DNA of 64,000 bases from Monocercomonoides exilis PA203 (lineage: Eukaryota; Protista; Preaxostyla). Positions 21,247 to 32,869 of the stretch are shown here, in pieces. Within the stretch, counting starts at the first letter, position 1. Every line of letters starts with the position of its first letter. The translations under genes and the position numbers were made by a program. Under the pieces are notes generated by a model, which worked only from the letters and a program-made list of their open reading frames with translations, was not told the origin of the DNA and searched no databases. The stretch covers positions 186,001 through 250,000 of the forward strand of contig LSRY02000022.1 of assembly GCA_001643675.2 (NCBI GenBank), written 5' to 3'.

Positions 21247-24200
21247 ATGACAAGGAATCTGATGGCAGTATTTTTTCTGGTTATGATGTTAAGTGTGCTC
21301 GCGAAAGACATCGAAGCAAAAAATATTGTTCCGATTGGGCAAGCGGTGAACGTTCAGAATGCATTATTGGATCATATCGGATGCATTGAAACAAGCATCT
21401 CCATTATCAACACCTCCTTGTGTGTGAGCCATCTCAACATCGTCCCTCTCAATGGTTGTCCACTCCTCACTGCCCAACACCACTCAGCTGCCTCCATTCT
21501 CTCTTCCACGTGCCAAGCCCAACCAGCAACAAAATCTCCACTTTTCCTTTTCTCCCATGCATCTCTCACCCTCACAAACTTCTCCCTCACCACCCCTCAA
21601 CCTGCCATCTTCTCCTTCCCCCTCTTCTCCACCCCAAACAATCTCCTCCCACATGCCCACTCCCCAATCCCTGCCTCCTTCTCCATCTCCCACTCCTCAT
21701 TCTCCTCATTCATCTCCCTCACCCAGCCCTTCCTTTTTTCTCCTTCTTCTATCTCTTCCCCTTCCCCTTCCCCATCTCCATCACTTTCCTCTTCTATTTC
21801 CTCTTCCACTTCCCCTTCCCCTCTCCATATCCATCACCAATCCCATCCCCACCTCCAAATCCATCTCAATCTCCATCTCTCAAACACCCTCTTCTCCAAC
21901 ATCTCCTCTCCTCAATCCCATCCATCTCTTCCATCTCTTCCTTCAAACTCACTCAATTCATTCTCCTCAACGTCCAACACCAACACCAATACAATACCCT
22001 CTTTCTCCCTTCACTCATCCCTCTCCATCCACTCAACCATCTTCCTCCACACACACAACCCCATCGATGGAGCCATCCTCCCCAACCTCAACAGTCCATC
22101 CACTTCTCTCTCTGCCTTCAATACCTCTTTCCTTCACCAAACACGCTCTTCACAAAATGCTCCTGTTGAACATATTGGAAATGAAACTCACAGAGAGAAT
22201 TTAACTCGATTGTCCTTTACTGCATTGAATAGCTTCCTCTTTGAGTGGTGCGAATGGAATGATTCATATGGAGGAAGAGATTATGGTGGTGCACTTTCTG
22301 TTGTTTGCACAAATGCAAATCTCACAATCGCTTCTTGTTCATTCAACAACTGTTCAACAAGTGATCATGGAGGAGCGTTATATTGTTCGAATTTATTAAA
22401 TATCAACATTGCAAAATCAAATTTCACAAGTTGTTCAGCGTTGCATGGAGGAGCAATATGCATAGCTGGTTCTCAAACAAATTCTGTTTATGCATTTTCT
22501 GATAGCATGGTGGGAAATTGTTCAATAACAAATTGGTGTGGAACTGGATGGTTCTTTTATATCAGTGATTTTTCTTCAAACGGACAATTCTTGTTCACCA
22601 AATGCAAGTGCATTTCAAATTCTGGTGGTGATGCATCTGGTTCTATCTCATTCAATAATCCTCCAAGCAACAAACCAAGTCAGTTTTTGGTTGATGATTG
22701 CCAGTTTATAAACAATAAACTGATTGATTCAACAAATTATGGAGGTGCTGCAATGTTTTTCAGAGAAACATATTCCTGGATGAATGGAATAAAATTCATC
22801 ACTTTTTGTTTCTTCGACGGCAACACTGCCAAAAATGGCAGAGGAAACGATGTGTTCTTCAGTGGCAATGCAATCACCCAATCCCCATTTGAGAATTGTG
22901 GATCAACAACCCCAACAAAAAGAGTGTGGAATGCAGGAACAGCTGACAACGCTGTGTACAATGGATGGCTACCCCTCGTTGCCCAGAATAAAATCGTTGC
23001 CAGCAATGGAACTGATGCTGATGCCTGTGGCAGACCCCAACAGACCCCATGTGCCACCATCGAGTATGCCCTCACTGGCTTCATTTCCCTCCTCCACGAC
23101 GCCTCCCTCACACTCCTCACCTCAATATTTGTTCCAACTCAAACACTCACTTTCAGCGCGGTTGACACTAAAATCACAGGAAATGGCACAACTGCCACCA
23201 CCATCGCCTCCAGTGGCATTCCCCAACCATCAAACTCACATTCACAGTCATCACAATCAACATCATCAAATTCATCATTTTCATCATTTTCATCTGCATC
23301 TTCTTCACCAGATCCATCTGCCTCGTCTGCCCTCTTCCAACAGACCCAGGGCTCCCTCACAGTCTCTGCCCTTGCCATCGCCCACAACTCCTCAAATGAA
23401 ATCACCCCCATCCTCTTCCACCTCTCCCAAAACTCCCCTTCCCTCAACCTCAACACAACCACCATCACCGGAACAACCTCCATAACAATAAAAACTCCCC
23501 TCTTCTTCCTCACTGCTGGCTCCCTCGCGCTCAACCACACAGCAATCACCAGTCTCCTCCTCAACAGCCAAAGCATCTTCCACCTCACCTCCCTCACAGC
23601 TCCCCTCACCCTCAACTCCTCCAATATCACCGATATCACCTCCACAGCCACTCCCGCCAGCTGTGTCCTCTCCTCTGCCACCTCCCCTGCCCTCTCCCTC
23701 TCCCTCGCCAACTGCACCATCACCAACATCAACTCAGAACAGTTGAGCCAACAGACTGCCACCAATGGCGGGTGCATCTCATTCGCCTCATCTGCCCCAA
23801 CCAACTCCTTTTCAGTGAGGAACACAACCTTCTCCAGCTGCTCTGTGAGCGAAGATACAAGTTCTGGAGGAAGAGGCGGTGCTCTCATGATCGAGTACAA
23901 GGATGATTCACAAGTGTCAACCACAATCTTTTCCATCACCAATATTGTGTTTTCAGCAAACAAGGCCAGTATTGGAAGAGATATTTATTTTGTGTGTGAA
24001 TCACTTTTCGCTTCTGTGAAGGAACCCTTGTTCGCCTTCATGAGAAGCATCACTCAGAAAGACAACTCGATTGTTGGGCATGATAGAACAGAAGCATTCG
24101 GAGATTGGGATGTCAATTTATTCATATTTCTCAATGGATATAAAGCCGATTCTATTTATGTGGATGGAACATCTGGAGTTGAGGAGGTGTATTGTGGGTT

Positions 24201-27200
24201 GGAGAAAGCGCCATGTTTGAATGTGAATTATGGGATGGAGCGTTTGAAGAAAACTCTGAATGTTAAAGAGGAGATTGTTTTGTGCTCAAAATCGTCTTTA
24301 ACAGGATATGTGGATGTTGGTGGAGTGCGTATAAAGGCTAAAACTGAGACAATTGTCGAAATTGAATGCCAAAGGGAAGTGAGTGGATCTGAGGAATGTG
24401 TTCTGAAATCAGCATCTCTGACAGAAATGCAGTTCATTGGGATTATTATTCCATCAAGTTTCAGCAGAAATATTTCAGCAGTGATCGAATCAAGCACTCA
24501 AAATGGGGAGTTGCACATGAAGAATTGCGCGATGAGTGTGATTGGAGGGAAGGGAAGCACAATTGGATATTTCTTGATCAAATCGGCAGGAAAGATGGTT
24601 GAACTGGATTCTGTCACGATTTCAGATGTGAAATCAACAGTTTCATTGTTTTCAATTTCGCTTTCCTCAACAAATATGAATGGGCAGGACTACAAGATGA
24701 ACCTGTTGAATTGCACACTGGAAAGTCTGGAGATTGATAGCACAGCAGCAGTTGAGGGAAAGGCAGCAGTATTTGGAGGGAATATGGATGTTGGGATGAT
24801 GATGAATGGAAGCAAGATAGAAGGGGCATTGTCAGAAAAGAGTGAAGAAGGAGGAGCACTGAAGATAGTGTTAAGAGAAGGAGGATTTATGGCACTTGAA
24901 GAGAGCTCATTTACTGGATGTGTTTGTGAGAATATGAGTGGGGAAGGAAAAGGAGGAGGAATATATCTGGATTGCAGTTCAAATGAAGGAGGATTTCAGC
25001 TCTCATCGATATCGTTTTTTGGATGCTCAGCAACAGTTGGGAAGAACATGTTTGTGAAGAGTGGGAATCTGGTGAGCAGTGTGAAGACAGAGCGTTTTTC
25101 ATTTGATTGCACAAATTTCGAGGATGATGAGAATGCATTTGTTGGAGAAGATGAGATTTATGGAGAAATGGATCTTCGGGTGTTTCTTGTTTCTTTGAAG
25201 TGGGTGGTTGTGTCTGTATCGACTGGTGGGCATGACACTTTGGGGTGTGGAAATGAAAAATTCCCATGTGAATCGATGAAAAGTGGAATTGACCACATTG
25301 ACAGAAGTGGAACAGTTGGAGAACGGAGAGTGAAAGTGAAAGACGAAGGAAAAATTGAGTATATTTATTCCTTTACAGATGCTCTTGTGATCGATGGAGA
25401 AGCCGTTAAACATAAGACTGTTCATTTTAATGAGAGAATCAATGGAGATTCTGCATCATCATCGTCATCTGTTATTTCATCAATTAAGACACTCAGCTTT
25501 TTAGCTTTGAAATTGCAGATTCCAAGTCAATTTACACCAAGGATGAATTCATTGATCTCATCAAGCGAACATCTTCAACTCGAAAACTGTTTATTTGACA
25601 TCCAATCAACAACGGCCATTCAATACTCGTTGATAACCACAACCACTGGAAGTTGCACACTGAAAGGATGCAGTTTAAAAGGAACTTCATTTGTCAAATC
25701 GCCATTGGTGATGGCTTCTTCTGTTTTGATTGAAAACAGCAACTTTTCAAACGTTATGAACACTGGAAGCGGTGAAGGAGGTGTTGCAAGAGTAACATTG
25801 AAAGGGAATGAAAAACTGGAGATCAAATCAACAAATGCATCATCTTGCTCACTTTCATCGGGCAATGGAAAAGGAGGGTTTCTGTATTTAGATTGCCAAA
25901 ATTGTTTGATTGAAAAACCATTTGTTTTTGATGTGGGTATCACTTTTGAGAACAATGCAGTCATGGGAAAGAATGTGTTCATTTTGGGAAAGGATTTTAA
26001 TTATTCTGTGACAAATGAGTCATTCAAGTTTGATTACTCATCAATGATAAATGATGGAAATGTGTTTGTGGGAAGTGATGATTTTCATCAAGAAAAGGAT
26101 TTATTCATATTCCTCGTTACATACAGCTCATTTGAGATATTTATCTCATCGAATGGATTTGATGTGGCGCGTTGTGGAAGCGAGGAAGAGCCATGCTTCA
26201 CGATGTGGAAAGGGATGATGAACATGAAAAGAGAGATTGGAAAGAAAACAATTCAGATTGAAGGATCAACTGATATTCGAGATTCATTCAGCATGTCCAA
26301 TTATCAGATCAAAAAGGCTTCATCAATGGGAGAAGAAAATTTGAAAGCGATATTAAATTTTGAAAAGGTTGTTGGAAATCAATTGGAATATTTCATGGTG
26401 AATGATATTCATCTTGAATTGACAAATATCCAACTTCAACTGTCAACTGGATTTGACAATTCAGCCAAAACAATTATTTCAAACAAAGAAGGAACTTTGG
26501 TGATAAGTGAATGTTCATTCCGTTCAGAGGCTGGAATGAACAATGGATTTGATTGTGTATTTGTGGATGTGATTGGAGGAAGTGTGAAAGTGAATGATTT
26601 TTCGATTGAATTGTGCAATATTGGAAACAGCATGTTTGTCATTCATGATGCTGGAATTACTTGCCAATTGGTGAATGTTCGAGTGAAATCGTTGAATGAA
26701 AGTGGAGGATGTATTTTATTGATCAAAGAAACAAAAACATCGATTAAGAAAAATGAAGAAAAATTTGTTATTATTGAGATTGATAATTCATCATTTTCAG
26801 GAGTGAAGAGAAGTGACAATGGAGCAAGCATTTTGGAGTCAAAGAGTGAGAAAAGCATTTGTTTTGTTGTGAATGAGAGCAACATCACAGAAGACAAAGC
26901 AGAAATGAGTGAAAAAGGAGGGGCAATATTCTTCACATTGGGTGCATCTGGATCAATGAAGATGATTGACTCAACAATCAGCCATTGCAGCTGCAGTTCC
27001 AGTTCAGGGAGAGGAGGAGGGGTGTATCTGGCAACAAAGGAAAGAGGAGAATTGGATTTCACATTTACGGGAATGAAATTCAGTTCAAATACAGCAAAAG
27101 TGGGGAATGATATTTTCATTGAATGTTATAACATCACATCCCAGATCAATGAAAGACAATTTCTGTTTGATCTTCGAGAAGGATATTACACTCGCAACAA

Positions 27201-29811
27201 TGCAATATATGGAATTGATAGCTGTGATTATCCAATCGATACGGATCTGATTGTATTTGTGACGATCCATCAGAGTGACACAATCATTGTTTGCAGCGTG
27301 AATGGATCGAATGAGAAGCAATGTGGAACAAACGCACTTCCATGTTATTCAATTGAGCATGGACTAATACATCTGACTTCAGATTTCATGAGCCAAATGA
27401 TTGTTGTTGAAGAGAGTGTGATTGGGGAAGAGATTGATCTAAAGGAAATGAGCCTGAGTTCGAAGAGCAGAGAAAATTGCGAAGTTGAAGTGAAATCAGA
27501 TATTGAAATAACAAAGGAATCATTGGTGATAACAACGGGAACAGTCTCATTGCTGAGAGTGAACTTTGTGTTTGATTCGAATTTCATCTCTTCGCATGAA
27601 ACACTGATATCATTAGAGGGAGGGATTCTCGAAATTATGAATTGTTCATTCACCTCAAAACAATCGTCTGGAGAAGGAAATATAGAATTAGCAAACATTC
27701 CATTTCACATTATGGACATGGAAAAAGGAGAATTACAACTTGACGGATGCACAATATCAAATCTAATTCTTCAAGAATCTGCATTATATCTTTCATCACC
27801 ACTTCCATCAGTGATTTATTTATTAACGATTTGTAATTCAACAATAGAAACTTCTCTGATAGATATTAATGAATGTGAACAATTAACAATTAAGGATTTC
27901 AACATAGAAAATATCACAGTTGAAGGAAATGAAGAATCATTGATATATTGCCTGTCAATGAAAAAGACAATGCAATTGACAAATTGCACAATAGGTGGAG
28001 TCAATTCAAACAAAGCAAAAGGGAAATTAATGAAATTGGAGGATTGCACAAATGTGAAATTGGACAGTTGTGCTTTTGATGGGAGTTCAAAGGAAAGAAA
28101 TGAACAATATTTGAATGAAGGAGAAGAGATGTGCAGATGGAATGGATCCGTTGTGGATGTTGTGAAGAGTTCAGTGATGATGAAAGACACAACATTATCG
28201 AATTCACAAGAATGTGGAGTTACGATGAGTGAAGGAAGCGTTAGAATTGAAGCAGGGAATTTCTCAAATAACAATCCATCAATTGAAGGATATCCATCAT
28301 TGAGAAGAAACATCATCTGTTCAGATTCAGGAACATTGAATGTGATGAGTTTGAAAGGGGGAGATGGATTGGAAAGAAATACATCACTTTGGATGCTGAA
28401 TGATGGGTGCAGTTTTGAAGGGATTGTTTCTGAGAGGGATTCATCATTTTTCATTCCTGTACTGGAGAGTGTGGAAGCAAAAGAAACAACAGATAGAATG
28501 AAATTGATATTCAAAGGATTGCTTCTTTTTCCATGCAATCTGTCATTCTCAGTTGTGAAGAAGAAGGGAGAAGAGAAAGAGATTGAAAATTTTGAGTTTG
28601 ATTCAAATGGATTCTTATCGGAAAGAGAAGTTGAGGGAAGTGTTGCAAAAGATCTCATCAGCAGTTGTGGAGATGAAATAGAAGTGAATGTGTGTATTTT
28701 GTTTGGGGATGTAGAATCTCCATCATCAACAAATTCATTCGTTCTGAAGAACAAAAGTGAGACTGAACCAAAGGGGGATGAAATAATGTCAAAAGGAGAG
28801 GAACAAATTGAATGGAGTTTGTTTGCGTTTATTGGGTGCATTGTTGTTCTGGTGATTTTTGTTGGCTTGTTTGTGGTGGTGGTTGTGCTTCTGCGAAAGA
28901 AACTGAGAGAATCAGAAAAGAGGGTTGAGAAAGAGAGATTGGAAAACGAAGAGATAATGGGGAAGATAGAGAGGAGAAGAAGGGAAAACAATGGAGGGGG
29001 TTTTGAGATGAGTGAGATGCCATCCACACTGCTGGAAGGGATGACAAGCCAGATTCCACTTCTCATTGACAACGATGAAGAAGATCTTCCAGAGCCTCTT
29101 TCAATGAGCAATGATGAAATTCCGAGTGAAAATGATCTTCCAGATTTGGAATCTCCATTGTCATTTTCTGAGGGCGCTTCTGTTTGTGGAGCTTCACAAT
29201 CACATTCATTCAATGTGATATCAGCGAAGAAGCCATTTCGAGAGAAAGAGAAAAAAAACATCAAAACATTGTACTCAACAATTCATTCAGTTCAGGGTAA
29301 TTTCACACTGGGAACAAGAGCAATGGATGTTGTTGATGGGAAGGAAGTGGTGTTGGCAGTGGCAGAGCTGTTTGAGCATTTGATTTCTGTTGGAGAAGAA
29401 AGGGTTGAGATGATGGGGAAACAATTGTGCCCATATTCAATCTTTGTTGAGGAAGGAAACAATGAAATATATGTTTTGACAGAAGAATTGGAAGATGAAA
29501 AGGAGAAGGAAGAAATGAAGCGATGGAGTGCACCTGAAGCTGGAGAAGAGGATATAGAAAAAACAGTTGTTTTCACACTTGGACTGATTCTGCATGAGAT
29601 GACAACCGGGGAAGTGCCATTGAGCGAGTGTGAGGCAGAAGAAGCTCAGGAGATGATGAGGGATGGTGTGCGACCGCTGACAGAAGGAATCGAAGGAGAA
29701 GAGTTGATTGAACTGATGGAGAAGATGTGGGGAGACGAGCCGAATGACAGACCCAAATTGGCAGAAGTAATTCGATTGTTGATGGAAATGATGGAGAGTG
29801 ATGGAGAGTGA
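21247..29811 (+). CDS. Giant single-pass surface receptor: signal peptide, GGA/beta-helix (pectin-lyase/Pmp-like) repeats, TM helix, C-terminal kinase-like (pseudokinase) domain
   Basis: Intronless ORF. Likely start at ATG 21247 or 21262 (MAVFFLVMMLSVLAK, signal-like). Repeated GGAL/GGAI/GGGIYL motifs and five G.....CG....PC modules. TM WSLFAFIGCIVVLVIFVGLFVVVVVLL then RKK (28813-28893). Kinase C-lobe motifs RWSAPE, VFTLGLILHEMTTGEVPL, LMEKMW...PNDRP. Confidence 0.88.
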   Translation: MTRNLMAVFFLVMMLSVLAKDIEAKNIVPIGQAVNVQNALLDHIGCIETSISIINTSLCVSHLNIVPLNGCPLLTAQHHSAASILSSTCQAQPATKSPLFLFSHASLTLTNFSLTTPQPAIFSFPLFSTPNNLLPHAHSPIPASFSISHSSFSSFISLTQPFLFSPSSISSPSPSPSPSLSSSISSSTSPSPLHIHHQSHPHLQIHLNLHLSNTLFSNISSPQSHPSLPSLPSNSLNSFSSTSNTNTNTIPSFSLHSSLSIHSTIFLHTHNPIDGAILPNLNSPSTSLSAFNTSFLHQTRSSQNAPVEHIGNETHRENLTRLSFTALNSFLFEWCEWNDSYGGRDYGGALSVVCTNANLTIASCSFNNCSTSDHGGALYCSNLLNINIAKSNFTSCSALHGGAICIAGSQTNSVYAFSDSMVGNCSITNWCGTGWFFYISDFSSNGQFLFTKCKCISNSGGDASGSISFNNPPSNKPSQFLVDDCQFINNKLIDSTNYGGAAMFFRETYSWMNGIKFITFCFFDGNTAKNGRGNDVFFSGNAITQSPFENCGSTTPTKRVWNAGTADNAVYNGWLPLVAQNKIVASNGTDADACGRPQQTPCATIEYALTGFISLLHDASLTLLTSIFVPTQTLTFSAVDTKITGNGTTATTIASSGIPQPSNSHSQSSQSTSSNSSFSSFSSASSSPDPSASSALFQQTQGSLTVSALAIAHNSSNEITPILFHLSQNSPSLNLNTTTITGTTSITIKTPLFFLTAGSLALNHTAITSLLLNSQSIFHLTSLTAPLTLNSSNITDITSTATPASCVLSSATSPALSLSLANCTITNINSEQLSQQTATNGGCISFASSAPTNSFSVRNTTFSSCSVSEDTSSGGRGGALMIEYKDDSQVSTTIFSITNIVFSANKASIGRDIYFVCESLFASVKEPLFAFMRSITQKDNSIVGHDRTEAFGDWDVNLFIFLNGYKADSIYVDGTSGVEEVYCGLEKAPCLNVNYGMERLKKTLNVKEEIVLCSKSSLTGYVDVGGVRIKAKTETIVEIECQREVSGSEECVLKSASLTEMQFIGIIIPSSFSRNISAVIESSTQNGELHMKNCAMSVIGGKGSTIGYFLIKSAGKMVELDSVTISDVKSTVSLFSISLSSTNMNGQDYKMNLLNCTLESLEIDSTAAVEGKAAVFGGNMDVGMMMNGSKIEGALSEKSEEGGALKIVLREGGFMALEESSFTGCVCENMSGEGKGGGIYLDCSSNEGGFQLSSISFFGCSATVGKNMFVKSGNLVSSVKTERFSFDCTNFEDDENAFVGEDEIYGEMDLRVFLVSLKWVVVSVSTGGHDTLGCGNEKFPCESMKSGIDHIDRSGTVGERRVKVKDEGKIEYIYSFTDALVIDGEAVKHKTVHFNERINGDSASSSSSVISSIKTLSFLALKLQIPSQFTPRMNSLISSSEHLQLENCLFDIQSTTAIQYSLITTTTGSCTLKGCSLKGTSFVKSPLVMASSVLIENSNFSNVMNTGSGEGGVARVTLKGNEKLEIKSTNASSCSLSSGNGKGGFLYLDCQNCLIEKPFVFDVGITFENNAVMGKNVFILGKDFNYSVTNESFKFDYSSMINDGNVFVGSDDFHQEKDLFIFLVTYSSFEIFISSNGFDVARCGSEEEPCFTMWKGMMNMKREIGKKTIQIEGSTDIRDSFSMSNYQIKKASSMGEENLKAILNFEKVVGNQLEYFMVNDIHLELTNIQLQLSTGFDNSAKTIISNKEGTLVISECSFRSEAGMNNGFDCVFVDVIGGSVKVNDFSIELCNIGNSMFVIHDAGITCQLVNVRVKSLNESGGCILLIKETKTSIKKNEEKFVIIEIDNSSFSGVKRSDNGASILESKSEKSICFVVNESNITEDKAEMSEKGGAIFFTLGASGSMKMIDSTISHCSCSSSSGRGGGVYLATKERGELDFTFTGMKFSSNTAKVGNDIFIECYNITSQINERQFLFDLREGYYTRNNAIYGIDSCDYPIDTDLIVFVTIHQSDTIIVCSVNGSNEKQCGTNALPCYSIEHGLIHLTSDFMSQMIVVEESVIGEEIDLKEMSLSSKSRENCEVEVKSDIEITKESLVITTGTVSLLRVNFVFDSNFISSHETLISLEGGILEIMNCSFTSKQSSGEGNIELANIPFHIMDMEKGELQLDGCTISNLILQESALYLSSPLPSVIYLLTICNSTIETSLIDINECEQLTIKDFNIENITVEGNEESLIYCLSMKKTMQLTNCTIGGVNSNKAKGKLMKLEDCTNVKLDSCAFDGSSKERNEQYLNEGEEMCRWNGSVVDVVKSSVMMKDTTLSNSQECGVTMSEGSVRIEAGNFSNNNPSIEGYPSLRRNIICSDSGTLNVMSLKGGDGLERNTSLWMLNDGCSFEGIVSERDSSFFIPVLESVEAKETTDRMKLIFKGLLLFPCNLSFSVVKKKGEEKEIENFEFDSNGFLSEREVEGSVAKDLISSCGDEIEVNVCILFGDVESPSSTNSFVLKNKSETEPKGDEIMSKGEEQIEWSLFAFIGCIVVLVIFVGLFVVVVVLLRKKLRESEKRVEKERLENEEIMGKIERRRRENNGGGFEMSEMPSTLLEGMTSQIPLLIDNDEEDLPEPLSMSNDEIPSENDLPDLESPLSFSEGASVCGASQSHSFNVISAKKPFREKEKKNIKTLYSTIHSVQGNFTLGTRAMDVVDGKEVVLAVAELFEHLISVGEERVEMMGKQLCPYSIFVEEGNNEIYVLTEELEDEKEKEEMKRWSAPEAGEEDIEKTVVFTLGLILHEMTTGEVPLSECEAEEAQEMMRDGVRPLTEGIEGEELIELMEKMWGDEPNDRPKLAEVIRLLMEMMESDGE

Positions 29812-32800
29812 TGGAGAGTGAGAAGGAATGCGAACTCAACAGGCAACAACCAGAAAAGGCAGTGTGCATAAAGATAGCAATTGTTTTCTTGTTCTTCTCT
29901 TTTTATTCACTGAAGTTGTGAATTATATTGTGCTGAGCCAGAAATGTTTTATATCTCATTCATGTGACTTTTTTTATGAAAAGTCGAAACAAAACAAGAA
30001 AGACAAATCACAACAATTTCACATTTGTTTTGTTTTGTTCATTTGAAAATTGGCATTGAAAACAAGTTCAAAAGAACAATTATTGCATGTTGATCCGAAA
30101 GAAAGATCTCCATTTTCAGAAAAGTCAAATTATTATTTGTTGAATGGATTTCAACGTTTCAATCTCTTTTATTCCACTTGAAAATGATGAATTATTGATT
30201 GAACAATCAAAACAACAAAAAGAAAAAGGCGTTATCTTTGTTGGAGATAAACAATGAAAGCACATTCTATTTTGATTAAGCAAAGAACTTTTGAGAGAGA
30301 TGAGAAGAAGAATGAAAAGGAATAATGAAAAAGAGTTTTCGATATCAATTTGTAACATATTTTTTCCTTTTTCATATTTTCAATTATTCATACAACTTGA
30401 TTTCCAAAAGATAGTCTTCAAACAGTGAAAGAGATCAGAATAAGAAATTCATTTGTGTTTCATGAAATTAAGTTTGTGACTCTTGAAAACAAAGATGAAT
30501 TTGTCCAATACAAAACATCAAGATCAAGTGAGAGATTGGAATGCTTTAAAGTGTTCAAAGTCACAGCATCCATTCAGAAAAATCATTAACTCTAATTATT
30601 GTCGTAATTCTATTTCTATTGATATTCAATTTTCTGATTTATACTGATAAAAAAATGTCTTTGGTTTTCAAAATGGATAGGAATTGTTGAAAAAGAGGAA
30701 ACATCCAATGTTCACATTCTTTGACGAAAAAAACTCAAATACTATGGAATGGATAACTTCCATTGAATGTGTTGAAATATATAATATCACTAATGCATTC
30801 AATTCTGAATGATTCAATTGATGGAGTTGAAAGCACAGTTCTGACATTACTGGCGAAAAGAAAAGCAAAAATATCTTTCTAACAATTTAAAAAGCAAAAA
30901 AAAAAAAAAACAACTCTTGCTGATTGAAAAATTGACTTTTAAAGTGAGAGTGGATTCAAACGACAAACAAGATTATTAGTATCTTCAATCTTTTCGATTT
31001 TAGTTATTGTTCTTTTCTATGAATGTATTCTTTTCAAGGAAAGTGAAAAAATGAAGGAGCCATAACTTATCCATGGTTTCAAGATGGAGAAATCCAAAAA
31101 CAATATTCTAAACAAAAATAGAACAAACCAAAAAGTTTGGTCATTAAGCAGTTGGATGTTTCAATAATATGATTCATGAAGTCTTGGAAGTGAATGGCTG
31201 CTGAATTTCTTCTAAAATAAGATCAGTCCTTCTTTGATATTTAATGTGAGCTGATCTTCTTTGTCTGTGACTTCTTTTTTCAATTCCTTTGTTATTCGTC
31301 CTTCAAAAGAAAGAAAAGGAGAAATCAAACAAACTCAAAGACAGTGTAATTCTCCTCTTGTTGCAATATAAAATACATTTGGATGTCACTCTCATTGTTT
31401 TATTCAATGTCCATATGAAAACCTTCTCGAAGACTTGAAAGCATTTCCCATTTCAACTCTGGCCGTTCAATCAAGTTAAAATGGATTGTTGAACAATGAA
31501 ATCTTCATGAAAAATGTCTCTATCATTTTTTCACCTTCATCTGTCAAATGAAAAAACATTGTTGAACTGAAAATTGTAAAACGTTCTCAGTTCATCAATT
31601 CTCATCCTTAGTGTGAGTTCCTTCTTTTTTGGAAAGCTTTCAATAAATTCAACATTGAATTCATCACATTTATCCCTCTTATCACCTTGTTGTTCCACAT
31701 CTCAGCCGAGAAGTATTTTCAATACTCATAACTTTTCTTTCATCTTCCTCATCCTCCGTTTCATGAAAAATACTTGTCAATGTTCTTCCTCTTGCTGTTC
31801 AGTCTGCTTTCACTCCTAAAGTGATAAATAATAACTTTTGAATTAAAAAAAGAACGCTAAATTGCTCATTTGTTCCAGTTTTTCGAAACCTCCAAGGAAC
31901 ATGAAAATATTTATTTTGTTCTCACTATTGTTGTTTATCTCACTTTGAAATTTTGTTAACGAAAAATATGAAATAACAATTCTATTCATAACTTTCACAT
32001 TTTTTTCACTCCAACCCCATCGATACAACTTTTCTTTTGAACTTTTGAATATTTTTATAAATTGTTTGTGTGTAATATTTGAATAGAAAAACACTTAGTG
32101 TTTTCACCAATCATCTTTTTCCAAATTTCTCTTTTGCTTTATTTTCTCTTTTTTCGGAAATTAGATACAATCTATTAAACACCGCATCCCCATTTTTCGC
32201 TCCAGTTTTTCATCCTCTCGATCAACTTCTCATTGATTGAAATTTTCAAATGAAAAGAAATGAATGAGCATTCAATTAACTTTTCTGATACAAAAATCAT
32301 TATCATTTTTATTTTCAAGTCAATGGAAACTGTTTTCACACATAAGAAACTTCACATTTTTGTTTATTGTTTCATTGGATTCAAACCTAATTGTTAGTTA
32401 ACGAAGACTATTTCTTAATTTTTGTCTTCATTTTTGTCTTCAGTCCGAACACTCATTTTATTCGCAACAATAAAATCTGCAAAACGAATAATTGTGTGTC
32501 CAACAAATATAAACTCAAATCGATATACAAAGTCAAAATTAAATAAAATCAACTACGTTTAGAATCACGCTTTTCGATGCATCTTCAATTTTTGCCTATT
32601 TTTCACTTATTCTTCATCACATGCAAACACAGGGTCTCATGTTAACTATCGCATATTAAACTTTAATAAATGAATTTTCATTGAAAAATAGGTTTTTTTG
32701 ATCATATATCTCTCTTTTACGATTTTTCAGAAATTCGTTTTATACAGTCCAAATTATGAACACTAATGTCAAAAATTGTTTTCTCAAAAGAAAAATGTGC

Positions 32801-32869
32801 ATTTGTACCGTGCTTTCAAAAAAATAAAAAAATCGATCCAAAATTAGTTATTTCAAAAATTTATTTTTG

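Noticed and set aside
27816-29264. 482-aa antisense ORF and other long ORFs overlapping the giant gene
   Set aside because: Shadow frames caused by codon bias of the sense gene; S/F/I-rich with no motifs.
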